DNA of 64,000 bases from Lama guanicoe. Taxonomy: Eukaryota. The stretch is taken from contig MU055107.1 in NCBI GenBank assembly GCA_013239625.1, positions 2,380,939-2,444,938 of the forward strand, given 5' to 3'. The position numbers were made by a program, and so were the translations under genes. Shown here piece after piece: positions 38,879 to 51,400 of the stretch. How positions within the stretch are numbered: the stretch's first letter is position 1; the number at the start of each line of letters is the position of its first letter. The notes beneath the pieces are model-generated. The model was not told the DNA's origin. It ran no database searches and was given only the letters and a program-made list of their open reading frames with translations.

Positions 38879-39770
38879 CCCCCTTAGCTCAGTCCCCACC
38901 ACTGCTCAGCACTCTAAGCCTTAATTTTCTGGAATAGCATAACAGCCTCCTATCACTTTCTCCTCTCCATCCTATTTGCAAGATTAAGGTTAGTCTTACT
39001 AGAACAGGGCTGTCACTGTGCCCTTTCCCTGATCAAAAACCTACAATGGCTTCCTACTGCCTAACATCAAGGTTAAATTCCTCTTCCTAGGTCAAAAGCC
39101 TTTCCGTAATCCTCTCCCATTTTATCTAATTCCTTGCCATTTCTTTGCTGTATAACCTTTATCCAATAAGGCTGGTTTTTCCCAAGCCATCCCCCTCCCT
39201 GAGGAGTATTATAACTATTTACTAATATCTATTAAACCTCTCCTTCCAGGCACTCACCAAGTTAAGTGTGGCCATGTGACCTCCTCTGGCCAATAAATTC
39301 TAAGCAGACAGAAGTGACACATCTGTCTACACCTCTGAGTAGAAGCATTTAAGAGACAATGCATTATTCTCATCCCCTCTCTTCTTGGCCACAAAGACCT
39401 ATAATCTTCCAGATGGTAGCCTCCATCGCCCCGGATCCCTAAGTGAAGATGAGTTTCAACAGACTCCTCCTACTGATGTGTGATGAACATTAGCTTGAAT
39501 GGAACATATACTCCATTGCTTTATGTCACTGAGACTTGGGGGATGGTTGTTACTGTATCATAACCTAGTCCATCCTAACTAATATACCCACTGTGCAGGT
39601 TCCTGCCTCCAAGCCTTTTTATTATAGACATACCTTCTCTCTACTTCCTCCTGTTTTCTGAAGTTCTGCTCAGGCCTACTGAACCCAGCACAAGTTTTCT
39701 TTCTCCAAGAGGTCTTTCCCATTTATCCCATACCACAGTCATCTCCCTTTTCTCTATATGGATTTGTATA
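38770..39770 (+). mobile_element. L2 fragment interrupted by a (CA)n at 38847-38878 and by an MLT1 LTR
   Basis: tcagtccatcaccaaatcctg, aacagcctcct, aaaaacctacaatggcttcctactgcct. Confidence 0.6.
39205..39587 (+). mobile_element. MLT1J-like solo LTR
   Basis: gtgtggccatgtgacctcctctggccaat, agaagcatttaagag, cactgagacttgggggatggttgttactg, ctaactaata. Confidence 0.8.
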
Positions 39771-39849
39771 ATCATACACTTTAACCCTTGATTCAACAGT
39801 GACCAGATACTTCAATGAATCAAATTTAATGAATTTTCTCTCCAGTTAC

Positions 39850-40330
39850 TGTGTTTCAGTTAGCTATCACTGTATAACAAATCACTCCCAAATTCAACTT
39901 CTTAAAGCAATAAGCATATATTACCATTCTCAAGTGTAGGGGGGCAGTTGGGTTGTTCTTCTGGTCTTGGCAGGACTCACACATGCATGTGGTCAGCTGC
40001 ATGTTGGGTGGATAGGCAACTCTATTGATGTTAGCTAAGCTTTTTCATGTTTTTGAAGATGACTGAATATGGACTGATTCAGGATGATCTCCACTGAGAC
40101 CACTGGGCTCTCCAGGTGATTCTCACCCCCACAGCAGGCTAGCCCGGGCTTGTCGTATGGTAATGGCACGAGTCCAAGAGAACAGGCAGAAATACAAATG
40201 GCACAACATTGCTTCTGTTACATTCTACTTGCCAAAGCAAGTCAGAAGTCCAGCTCAGATTCAGGATGTGAGGAAGTAGATACAAAGTCAAACTGTGAAA
40301 GGTGGGGCCTCAGCCAGGCCATTAGTTGCG
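39850..40330 (-). mobile_element. MLT1G/H-like solo LTR
   Basis: tcagttagctatcactgtataacaaatcactcccaaa, cagcaggctagcccgggcttg, gccaaagcaagtca. Confidence 0.8.
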
Positions 40331-43300
40331 AAGGAAACATACAAGGAACTAGGCATCCCCTCCCACCCTTTATTCACACTCCTAACTTTAGTCTTCTATA
40401 AACTCAGGAGGTCCATTGTTAAACTCACCATTTTCCAGACAAGGAAACTGGGCTTCCACAGGGTTAATAATTCACCTCAGATCATACATAATTGGCAGTG
40501 TAATCACTATCTGAAATTCAGTCTAAGCCAAAGCCCATGGAATTTAATTCTTGATAGAGATCATTCTGCTGAGAAAGAGAGAGTGAAAATCAACAGGACA
40601 TTGTGCTGGGGTCAAAAGAGTTAAATTCAAGTATGAGCTATGTTTGTTTCTTTATCTCTAATCTATCCAGCTGTCTCACAAAGGCTAACATGAAAGCCAA
40701 AACATCTACACACATAAAAATATCTTGAAAACTACAAAATTTCGTACAAATAGAATATATCCTTACTCTGATTTTTAATATCTTTAGAGAATCTGGAATA
40801 AGTCTATGTCGAAGGGAATGAACAACAATCTCCTGGGAAAAAAGGGAGGCATGTGCTGTCTAAAATTATGTAAAATATGCCATGCCAAAAAATAGACCAA
40901 ATATCTTTATATTCTTCTGCTTATGAGAAATTTAATTAAGTGAAAATTCATCGATGTTAAGAAATTATTGTTAATATTTCATGATGATGCTGTGCAGTTG
41001 ATGCTTTCCTAAGAGGTACTTATTTCTTAGAGTGTTGTAGTGATGGACGAAATCATATGAAGCCAGAGATTTTTCCAGAAAAGCTAGAAGGCATAGGTGA
41101 AAGACCTATGATAATTATTATTATCTTCAATAATTAGCTATGACTAATTATTAAAGCTGAGTGATGAGTACTTTGGGGTCTGTTTGAAGTAATAAGATAT
41201 GTGTATGAAAAAAATAGTTTTTCTATTTTGCTTAAAATCTTCCACATATGAGTAGATGGCTTTCCTTTAAAATAAAACCTCTTTGCATCTGATATTTCAA
41301 AAATATTCCCAAAGCAATAGGCATAGCATATAGAGTCCAGATACAGTTTCTTTCAACATTAAAACCAATTGCCAAAAAAAAAAAAATGCAGCAACACAGA
41401 ACCTCAATTAGCATCTTTTGTCCGTAGTCATAGGAAGAGTTTCCTAAGCTGTTTCTCAAACTTCATTCCAACTCTCATTTTAACTTCAGGTCTCAACCTT
41501 ACACATTAACCACTGCTATCTTACTCCACCCTTGCTATCTGTCCTTAGCAATCGTCTGTTCACCCTCATCTCAGCCACCCTCTCGCAATCTGTTTTTCTG
41601 GGTAGCAGAATATGGAGCCAGGCTTGTGTTGATTTTGCGTAGCCTGCATTCCTAGAATNNNNNNNNNNNNNNNNNNNNNNNNNNNNNNNNNNNNNNNNNN
41701 NNNNNNNNNNNNNNNNNNNNNNNNNNNNNNNNNNNNNNNNNNNNNNNNNNNNNNNNNNNNNNNNNNNNNNNNNNNNNNNNNNNNNNNNNNNNNNNNNNNN
41801 NNNNNNNNNNNNNNNNNNNNNNNNNNNNNNNNNNNNNNNNNNNNNNNNNNNNNNNNNNNNNNAGATTTCCAGCCACCCTTTGATCAGTCTTTGTAACAGT
41901 GACTCCGGGCTTTTGCCTAAAAATGATTCTTAGATCTCGATATGTATACAATGGAAAAGATCTGGCCTTCAGAAAGTCTCTCATTAAAGCGCTAATCTGT
42001 TCCACCACATTCTTCCAAGACACAGTGATCAGCATTCTAGACGGCCTCAANNNNNNNNNNNNNNNNNNNNNNNNNNNNNNNNNNNNNNNNNNNNNNNNNN
42101 NNNNNNNNNNNNNNNNNNNNNNNNNNNNNNNNNNNNNNNNNNNNNNNNNNNNNNNNNNNNNNNNNNNNNNNNNNNNNNNNNNNNNNNNNNNNNNNNNNCT
42201 CCCGGGACCCGGGAGAAATGACAGACCAGGGACACAAAAGCTGGGCCAACTGATGAGTCCAGAGACAGAGATTGCGCAATTCCAAAATGTTAATTGCGGT
42301 GAACCCAGGCAGCACACAATGACTTGTTGAATCGTTATCATATCACGAGACTGTAACTGGTCTCCGGTTCCCTGCTGAGGGCAGCGGAGGCTGCTTCTCA
42401 TGCTGACCATGTACTTCATACTCGTTTGCCACCTGCAGTCTATTGTCCCTGACTTCTTGGCTGGCACGCTCTTAACAAGCCCAACTTGTCCCTGTGTCCT
42501 AGACATTTTTTTTATTTTAATATTTTTGGTGTCAGAAGAGATTGACAGTACAGAAGTGTTCAAGGAGTCAGTGTAGAAGATGTTCGTGCTAAAATTACCT
42601 CCTATCTGTCTCCAAATTTGTGACTCGGGCTAGCACCCTCATCCCTTACAATCTAACTGCAATGTCAAAATCATATTTTTACGTACAACTCTAGATAGGT
42701 TTAAATGGGGTGAATATCAGAAAAACCAAAATGTTGATTTATAAGTTTAGGTAGGTCTAAAGCAGGTTAATATAAACAAAGATATTGATACCTAAAGCTG
42801 GTCCGTGAGTGAAAAACAGCTAATAGTACCCACACCGAGTGAGTCTGAAGCCACCTTCCCAGTTAATATTTTCCTAAAAGCTTTGACAGATTTATTTCAT
42901 GACCACTGGGTATTTCGTTTCCTCAGCGGTGTGACATAAATTATTTTCACTTTGAATCTCTCTGGGACAGTTTGGGGCTGTCTGAAAAGAACATCAGTCA
43001 TCAACTTATTTTATAATAAACAGAGACATTGGTATGATAACCATAACCAAAAATGTAATAATCCAGCAGCAGTAATAATAGTAGAAATGCCATTATTAAA
43101 CAATAATTACTCGAGACACGCCAACTTAGAGAGAGGATTCTAAATATTTCTAAATGAAGTCCTGCTGAGCCACACAACATTCTGTAAGAGCAGCAGGCTC
43201 AGGGATCATTCCTGCTGCATTAAAATGGAAAGAAACAGCAAAGCCAGGATGCCTTTGCTCTTTCAAACAGTGGCATCAAAGAAGCCCAGATACAAATGTC

Positions 43301-45059
43301 TCGACATCCAATCCAATCCTCCAGGTCTTTAAAAGGCGTCTTTCAGCCAAGATTCCTTGCCCAACTTGGCAAAGAGGTAGAACCAGTTTTACAGTCTAAA
43401 TTGTGACTTTGGATCATAACTGGAAATACACAATCATATGTTGTCCAAAGTTGGCATGATTGTCCCCTCCCAACTAATGCTGCCAAGTGGAGGACATAGT
43501 CTCAAGGGTTATAACCATGAATAAGAGTGAAATACTTCTCATCATGGGTGAAGGACATACTTCTCATTTTGACATAAATAATGAGCAGGACCATAGAAGG
43601 ATTTTTATTCAAACCTTCTAAGCAGAGACTTCTGGGAGCTTTGCTGATTTCTTGGCGGAGAATTTTTCAGAGGAAAGGACATTTCTAAGTCTCCATCCCA
43701 GGAGGTCACTCCTCTGGTGGGAAGCAGGGGCCCCTTTGTCAGCACAGCCTACAACCGCGCACCATCCCTGTGACCATCACATCTTGCCAAACTGAAGTTA
43801 CTGTAATAAAACAAGCCTCAAATTCAACAAAGCATCCCAAATACCTGCGGAAATGGCCTTCATTTCCTTTTATTTTTTAAGAGGGACTGAAGTCACAATC
43901 AATCTGTGAATAAGACCGTCAGGAGCAATAGCATTTGCTACAACTTTAGGTACAACTGCTGTGTATGACAGGAAAGTGAGTCCTACTCCCTACCCCGTGC
44001 CAGTCCATCAGGCCCTCCCCCTCCCCCACCTATGCCTCGGGATCCTCCATTCCCACCACTCGTTTCTCACTCACCATGCCCTGCCTGTACTGAACATGGT
44101 TTTGCTTTTTTTCTGAACTATATCTTTCTTCCCTCCTTCCTGAGATCATAAAATCCTCAAGCAGGATGGCGTGGTGTATAGTCGACCCATTTCTCACATT
44201 CCCAAATATGTCACTGACTGATTAGGATGGAGGTTGGAACACCAGACAGTCAGACAGGATTTGCAGTGCTGATACACAATGGACATATGCCTTCATGGCT
44301 TACCTGTGAGGTCATTACCAATTTCCCAAGAAAATAAGAAAACAATAGGCTTTTGGTTCCAGTGTTTGCCGTCTTTCTAAATTACAAAAAGTATGATTAG
44401 AACACATTTTATGTGAACCCCAAGCCTGACAGCTACTCATAGGGTTACAGGAAATGTGTGTCTACACAAACGGAGCCTTGGAGTGGTAAATACCCGACTG
44501 CCTCTGTGACTAACGGTGAAATCATCCCTTTCCTGTGCCCTGGCTCCTCTCCCATCTTCTCTGGGGTGATGCAGGCAGGCAGGACATGGTTGAAGACAGG
44601 TGGACATATGTCCTCTGACCCAGGCATTTTGCTTCTTCCTTCTTTCTTAGCCATCGTCCTCAGCCTTGCCACCTGCCCCTGTGTGACAATGGAGGAAAAG
44701 ACTTTTCTCTTTGAAAGGTGTCTGGAAATCTCTGATCAAAGGGCCTCTCCCCAGCCCCTGTAGCTTCTCCTAGGCCCTGGGATGCAGCCCAAACAAGAAC
44801 CCAGGCTGATTTCTGCCCTGTACCTTTATGCGTAGAGCCTTCCCCAGTCTGGTTGTCACCCACAGGTTATCTGCCCCCCAGGCTCTTATCTGGTCTTCTA
44901 GGCATTTCCCATTTAGGACAACATATATCCTAGACCTGAAGTATGTGGGTGACATTGGACCTGCAAATGAATTTTATTTAAGCTCTACACTTCTATTGTT
45001 TTTTTATAAATTCATCACCAACATTTTAAAATCAAGAGATTTTATATATCAATGAGACG

Positions 45060-45395
45060 TCTGACTGATCCTTAAAAACTGGAGTGAGTCCTCTTCTTTC
45101 TGAACATACAGTAAGACTCTGTCTCCCATTTTCCCTTGCAGGGAGGTGTGGGCACGTGGCTGTATTCTGGCTGATGGAATGTAGGTGGCCACTTTATGGT
45201 GAGTACCATAACATCTCCCACATGTGATCATCCACACTCTTTTCATCTCCACTTGATCCAATCAAGCCACATGTTAAAAACAGAAGGATCTTGGGTTGGC
45301 AGATCCACTAGAAGAAATGAAACTACTTTTATCATATCTGAGTGATTACCCATTTTGAGTTTGTTTGTTACAGCAGCTAACATGACCTTAACACA
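45060..45395 (+). mobile_element. MLT1-family LTR fragment
   Basis: tattctggctgatggaatgtagg, gtttgtttgttacagcagctaac. Confidence 0.6.
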
Positions 45396-46260
45396 CTCGC
45401 TTTTGAACTTCCTAGGAAGTCTGTGATGTGATTTAATACCTGTGTGCCCATAGTTCTCACCTTACAGTGATCCAGCCATGACTAATCCCCCTGAAAGACA
45501 CCATTTCTTATAGAAATCTGCTCACCATGAACTTCAAAACCATACTTCCTTCCTGGATCTCCTTGGTAATTAGCTTTGTCTAACAACATTAATATGTGCA
45601 GCTATGATTGTGTCTGAATTTGCCTGACTCTTAACCTAAGTCTTCATCTTATACCCTGGAAAGTTCTGGCTCTGATCTCCATGAATTTCTTCTCAAAAAA
45701 TTAATGGATACTTATGAACAATAGAATCAAAATAAATAGAATCACGGTCCTGGAATATGAATAAATCCACTGAGGTAGTCTAATCCATCAGTAAAACTTT
45801 CTTTCCAAGGTGGACAAAACTAGGAAACAAAATGACTTGACTGAAATGACACAGCCAGAAGATAGTAGAGAGAACACTCAGACTCTCCTTTTTTCTCCCT
45901 AATGCAGTGTACTTGACAACATCACCCTTTGTCTCTGATTGCAACCCCCAGTGTTACTGTGCCTTTCTCCACCCCACACACATCTCTAGCAATTTATGGG
46001 ACATGAAATATATTATATGCCAAGGACTATCTGAGTCTTTCCCATGCATTTTTAACCTTTATTTTCAGATTAAGTACATGAGGTTTTATTGTTATTTCCA
46101 TTCTTAAGACATGAAAAGCAAGGCATAATAGATTAGTACAATTTTTCAAGATCACGCAGTTAGGAACCAGAAGGTAGGGTCTAACTCAAAAACCCATGCT
46201 CCTAAAAACCACGTTACAGTTACCCACTGCAATTTTATCCTTCCCACTAGAGAGTACTTT

Positions 46261-46817
46261 TGTGTCAATCCGCTGTTCCTGGGAAACAAACCACAAAGAG
46301 CATGGTGGCTTAAAACAGCCATCACTGATTTAATCCATGATACTGAGGGTGGTAGCTTGGGCTGGGCTTAACAGCACAGTTCTTCTGCTGGTCTTAGCTG
46401 GCCTCACCCATGTGTGTGTGGTCAGCTGGCCAGTTAGCTGGTGGGTAGGTGAGCTAGATGGACTCAGTCTCGAATCTGGGACCTTAGCTGAGGGGGCCAG
46501 GGTGTCTGACATGGCAGGGCCTCTCCCCACACCGTCTCTCCTCCTCCAGCAGGCCAGCCAAGGCTTCTTCCCACGGTGATGGCTGCAGTTCCCAAGAGCC
46601 TGAGAGCATCAAGAAAGGCAACTACCAAAGCCAAGTACTTTTCAAGTCTCTGCTTGTGTCATATGTGCTCCTATTCCACTGGCCAAAGCAAGTCGCACTT
46701 GCCAAAATGGGGGAATGGACTACTTCTTGATGAGCAGACCTTCAAAGTTATATACTGCAAGGGGCATGCTGAATGAGATGGAAAGAACTGATGGACATTT
46801 TTTAATATTTCAAGCAG
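46261..46817 (-). mobile_element. MLT1H-like solo LTR
   Basis: gtggcttaaaacag, cagttcttctgctggtc, ctccagcaggccagcc, ccactggccaaagcaagtc. Confidence 0.8.
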
Positions 46818-47097
46818 TTGAATGGTTTTCTTCAGTATTTACGTCCATATTTCTAAATAATACATGTATAGAGCTACCTCTTAAGTAATCAGTTTTAAAT
46901 ATGAGCTTCTGGTTTATTACTAGAACAAGAATTTAGCTTTTTTATCCCTTTCTACAAAAATTCATATGCCTTTCATTCAACTTCACTAAATGTTAAAAGT
47001 TAACATAACTGATGTATATATATGTATGTACAATTGACTTTGTATATACATATATATATGTGTATTTTCACATATACACACACATATATATACATAT

Positions 47098-47400
47098 ATA
47101 GTTGACCTAGGAACAACATGGGTTTGAACTGCGAGGGTCCATTTACACATGGAAGTTTTTCAATAGCAAATACTACAGTATTTAGTAAATAATAAATAGC
47201 AAATGTATTAAATTTAGTAAATAGTAAATACTATGTGATCTGCAGTTGGTTGAATCCGCAGATCTGGAGTCATGGATGTGGAGGAAACATGGATACAGAG
47301 GAATTGCAGATATGGAAGGCTGACCATAAATTCCATGTGAATTTTTGACTGCATGGAGGGTGGATGCCCCAACGCCCACAATGAATTTTTCAAGGGTTGT
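47098..47400. mobile_element. Tigger2/MER8-like TcMar MITE
   Basis: agttgacctaggaacaacatgggtttgaactgcgagggtcca, gttggttgaatccgcagat, ttcaagggttg. Confidence 0.85.
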
Positions 47401-47416
47401 AGAAAATATGACAGAA

Positions 47417-47421
<5 letters not shown>

Positions 47422-47468
<47 letters not shown>
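47422..47468. repeat. (TG)n microsatellite
   Basis: Pure TG run of about 23 units. Confidence 0.97.
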
Positions 47469-47473
<5 letters not shown>

Positions 47474-47635
47474 ACACCGTGAGAGTATATATTTCCTCCA
47501 AATTATTTGAGACTAAGTTGTAACAGATATGATGCTTCTTTACCCTTAAATATTTTGGTATATATTTCCAAAATCAAGGCTTACATCAGCAACTATAATC
47601 AGAAAATTAACTTTATGATACTATTATCTAGTCTA

Positions 47636-47840
47636 TCTTGAATTGTCCAATATGGCAGTGATTAGCCACATGTGACTAGTGACTATTTAAATTTAAACTA
47701 ATTAAAATTAAGCATTTAGTTCCTTGGTCACACTAGCCACAGTTAACATGATAAATAACCACATATGCCCAGAGACTATTATATTGGTTAGTTCAGAGAA
47801 CATGTCCATCATCACAAAAGGCCCATTGGACAGTGCTGGT
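47636..47840. mobile_element. MER3-like hAT-Charlie MITE
   Basis: tgtccaatatggcag, tagccacatgtgacta, gtcacactagccaca, cattggacagtgctg. Confidence 0.8.
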
Positions 47841-48079
47841 CTGTATCTTTCACGTCCTGTTAGGATATAATTGCAGATTTATAGACATGAAATCCGTGTG
47901 TGTTACAAGACTGTAGTCACAAGGTTGTAATTACTACCTCCAATGTTAGGTAGGAAGACAAAATTAGAAAAGTGAATGGGATCCAATTCTATAAGTGAGG
48001 ATTAGGATCCAGATTTGACCATTTGAAAGACCTTTCTCTTACCATCATATCATATCCATTCCTGAGAAACATTTGTCCA

Positions 48080-48570
48080 TGTCTTAGGCTGATTTTTTTC
48101 AGAACCAGAACCTGAGACAAAGACTCATGTGCCCAGACTGATTAAGCTGTTCCCTTATTCAGGAAGAACTCCCCGTAGAAACAGTAAAGGAATGAGGGAA
48201 CCAGGACAGGGGACAGGAGCCATGGGAAGTGATGATTTCAGGCAAAGTCCCAGCCTCAGTCTGACCCCGTGGGCCACTCTGTAGCATCAATGATAACACA
48301 GGCTTTGTCGCACCTGGAGGAAAGGGAGCAAGACTTTCACACACCCACACTGTCAGTCATTGGCTGCACCAGCAGATATAAACTCCAGGTGCTTCTGGAT
48401 CTCTGCTTGTAGTGTAGGCAAGGCAGCCACAGGAGCCCAAGGGCAGTCCTCTGAAGAAGGTGGGTAGTTCCCATGCTGGCATCAAAGCATGCAGAGGCTG
48501 AGGCGTGAGCACCCCGACCCAATGAAAAGGGTCCAAGAACATGAGGAGCAGCCCCAACAGAAACCAGGAG
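48080..48570 (-). mobile_element. LTR16-like (ERVL) solo LTR
   Basis: tgtcttaggctg...cctgagacaaaga, gtcagtcattggct, aagggcagtcctctgaagaagg. Confidence 0.7.
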
Positions 48571-48584
48571 AGATGCAATGAAAC

Positions 48585-48730
48585 TTCCATGGTTCCTAGG
48601 TCATTAAAAAGGTACAGTTTCTGCCTGATGCTCACTTCTCTCTGTCTCTCTCTCCCTATTCACACTTGGGAACCCAGCCACCAGGCTGTGAGAAAATCCA
48701 GGCCCCATGGAAAGGTCAGGTGTCAGCTGG
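48585..48730 (+). mobile_element. MLT1E/F-like LTR fragment
   Basis: cttgggaacccagccaccaggctgtgagaaaatccaggccccatgga. Confidence 0.6.
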
Positions 48731-49759
48731 TGACATGTGTGTCCTTTCTTATCACATGGGCAAGTGGAAGCACCCCGGATGGCAACCTACTTTATTTTTC
48801 AAACATTATTAACTCGTTAGCCAATGGGATGTACGCAGGGTTACTATTTCCGAGGAGTCTTCTGGTGGTCTGGGGACAAAATATCCCTCTGGGGACAGCG
48901 CATTGTCCAGTGCAGCTTTCCATTGCTTTCGAGACTGAAATGTACAGCAGGCCTGTCTGCGTCCATCTTCCTGGAACATCAAAAATCTCAAGAAGTGATA
49001 ACTCCCTGGATTTCCATGGAGATGGGAAGGGCCTGGAAAGCATGTTTCCTGGCAGTTTCAGAGAGCTGTCTCTTGAGCTTCAAAAAGGGAAGAGCACACA
49101 TCCTTGAGACTTGCTCTGACGGCTGGCAGCTGCACCACCAGCCCCAAATGCTCAGGCCTTGTAACTCCCCCATCACTGCCACAGCAGCATTGCAGGCGCA
49201 CTGAGATAGGTCTCTCTTTCTCCCATGCTCTGGCTCTTCCAGGAAACAGATGTTTAGTGGAGAAAGGACATGTATAACTTTCAATGAAATTGAAAAGAAT
49301 TTTTAAGGGAAAAGACAATAAATCATTTGTCGGGCAGTGGAGAAGAAAGAGAACTTTTTCATGGGGTCACAGATGCCTGGACATCCCTTCACATTTCTCA
49401 GTCAGCTCCAGCCCAGACCTCCACCATGTCTTAGGAAACACCAAGAAGATACATTGGGAAAGACTGGTAATAAGACATTCTTTACAGGAAGAAAATTCAG
49501 GTAATAAGAAGATATGTTGTATACTGGACCTTGGACTACCCTTCCTTGGTGGTTCTTAGAACTCTAGCTTTTCTTAATGTTTGAGATTGATGCCAACTCT
49601 AAAACTTGTCTTTAGTGCATTTGATTACATGTAGAAGAACTTCTTCGTCTTAGTTCACACCCAGCTCTGAACTAAAATGAATTTTTATTATAAGGAAGGC
49701 CTACTTCTCCAACCTTTCTGTAGAAAGGAAATATTCAGATTACTACAGTTCAACATAGC

Positions 49760-50160
49760 ATCCAACTGTGGAAGACTCTCTATGAAGAAGAAGATAAAGT
49801 CCAAACACTTTATCTTGGCATTCAAGGCCATCCTGAGTCTGGTCAGGATCTTCTCTGTTACTTTCCCCAAACTTCTGTCACGTAAACATGTGTATATGTT
49901 CATAGGCTTATGTTTATGTTCATAGACGTTCTACCAATGTATACATTGTATCTCTTTATCAAAATGCTAACTCAATCTTCCAGCCCAGCTCTTTTATGAG
50001 CCTTTCTCCAACTAAGCAGTCCCCCCTATTGCCTCTTCCTTCTTCTGTACCACTCAGTATCAGCTAACTCTGATGATGATTGGCACTTCATCTTTGTTTG
50101 CTCCTCTGTGATGCAAAGGCAAGAACCATGTTTTAGACAGTCTCTGAGCACCTAATACAT
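49760..50160 (+). mobile_element. L2 fragment
   Basis: gataaagtccaaacactttatcttggcattcaaggcc. Confidence 0.6.
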
Positions 50161-50224
50161 TTTAAACTAGGAGCATAAATATGAATGCATAGGGCAGAAT
50201 TCTTGGTGGTAAACAACAGAAACT

Positions 50225-51400
50225 AACAGCAACAAAACATACTAAAGTAACTAAAATTCTAACAAAAGATATACAAGTATTTTATGGACAAAATCTTTAT
50301 TGAAGGGCATTAATAAATAACCTTAATAAACAAAGTCATGTACCATGTTCATGGATGGGAAGACAAAAATCATAAAAACATCAATCAGCAAATTAAACAT
50401 CATTTTAGTGTGATTCCAATGAAAATGTCTGCATGGTTTTTCATTATAAAATCCATATAGAACAGCAAAGGCCCAAGTATAGCCAAGTCACTTCTGAAAA
50501 AGAATGGGAATGAATGGAGGAACTCATTTACCAAGTGTCTAATATTACATGTAGTGATAATGATGAATGCAGTGTAATATTGGCACAAGGATAAACAAAA
50601 GTTAATAGATCAGAATAGAGACTCTTGAAACAGTCCCATTCATACATGAAAATGTGACTCGAAACAGAAGAAGCACTATAGATTATTGAGGAAACAATGG
50701 ACTATGTATTAATATTGCTGGTGGACAGCTCTTTACACACAAAATTAGATCCCTGCTCCACGCCATATACAAAAATCTATTCCAGGTGGTCTAATATGGG
50801 AGAATCTGATCATGATTTGAGGGTGAGGAAGAGTTTCCTAACAACATACAGAAAAGAAAAATCCACAAATCACAAGAATAGAGACTAATAAATTCAACTA
50901 TATTAAAAGTCATTATATCTGTATATTAAAAGACACCATTGAAAAATTTTAAAAAATCAAGCCACAGATTGGAAGAGGATATTTGCAATGCGTCATGAGG
51001 AAGAATTACTATCCAGAATGTATAATTCGCTCCTACAAATATGCAAGAGAAAGACAAAGAACTCAAAAGGGGGGAAGAATAGGCAAAAGATGCAAACGGC
51101 TGAAGAGGAAACCCAAATGTCAATCATCAATGAGAAAGGTAATCGTTTCACAAGTAGTCAGGGTAGTGCAAATTGAAACAAAGTACCATTTCCCAGCCAT
51201 CAGAATTTGCTTTAAATCTGCAAAAATTAAGTATGAAAGTAGTATTAGGAAGACTATGAAGCAACAAGATGCAGAGTTATCACACAGCGGCAGGAATGAA
51301 AACTGAGGCAACCACTCTGGAGAGCAAGTTGGCACCACTCAGTATATTAGAAGATAAATAAGTGCAGGGGCCTGAAATTCTGCTCAGAGGAATAGGCCCC
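50225..51400 (+). mobile_element. Old L1 ORF2 remnant with multiple stops and frameshifts
   Basis: taccatgttcatggatgggaagac; ORF 50697-50888 contains KLDPCSTPYTKIYSRW, like L1 ORF2 KLDPYLTPYTKINSRW; gcaaccactctggagagcaagttggca. Confidence 0.88.

Noticed and set aside
43490-43567. Short direct repeats (atacttctcat x2, ggacata x2)
   Set aside because: Too short and irregular; typical slippage, no array periodicity.
48791-48869. Minus-strand exon-like segment (ttttgtccccAG ... AAA|GTAGGT)
   Set aside because: Stop codons in all three frames.
48541-49107. Longest N-free ORF (188 aa, plus strand)
   Set aside because: Begins in LTR16/MLT1 remnants, has no recognisable domain, and its length is compatible with chance in 64 kb.
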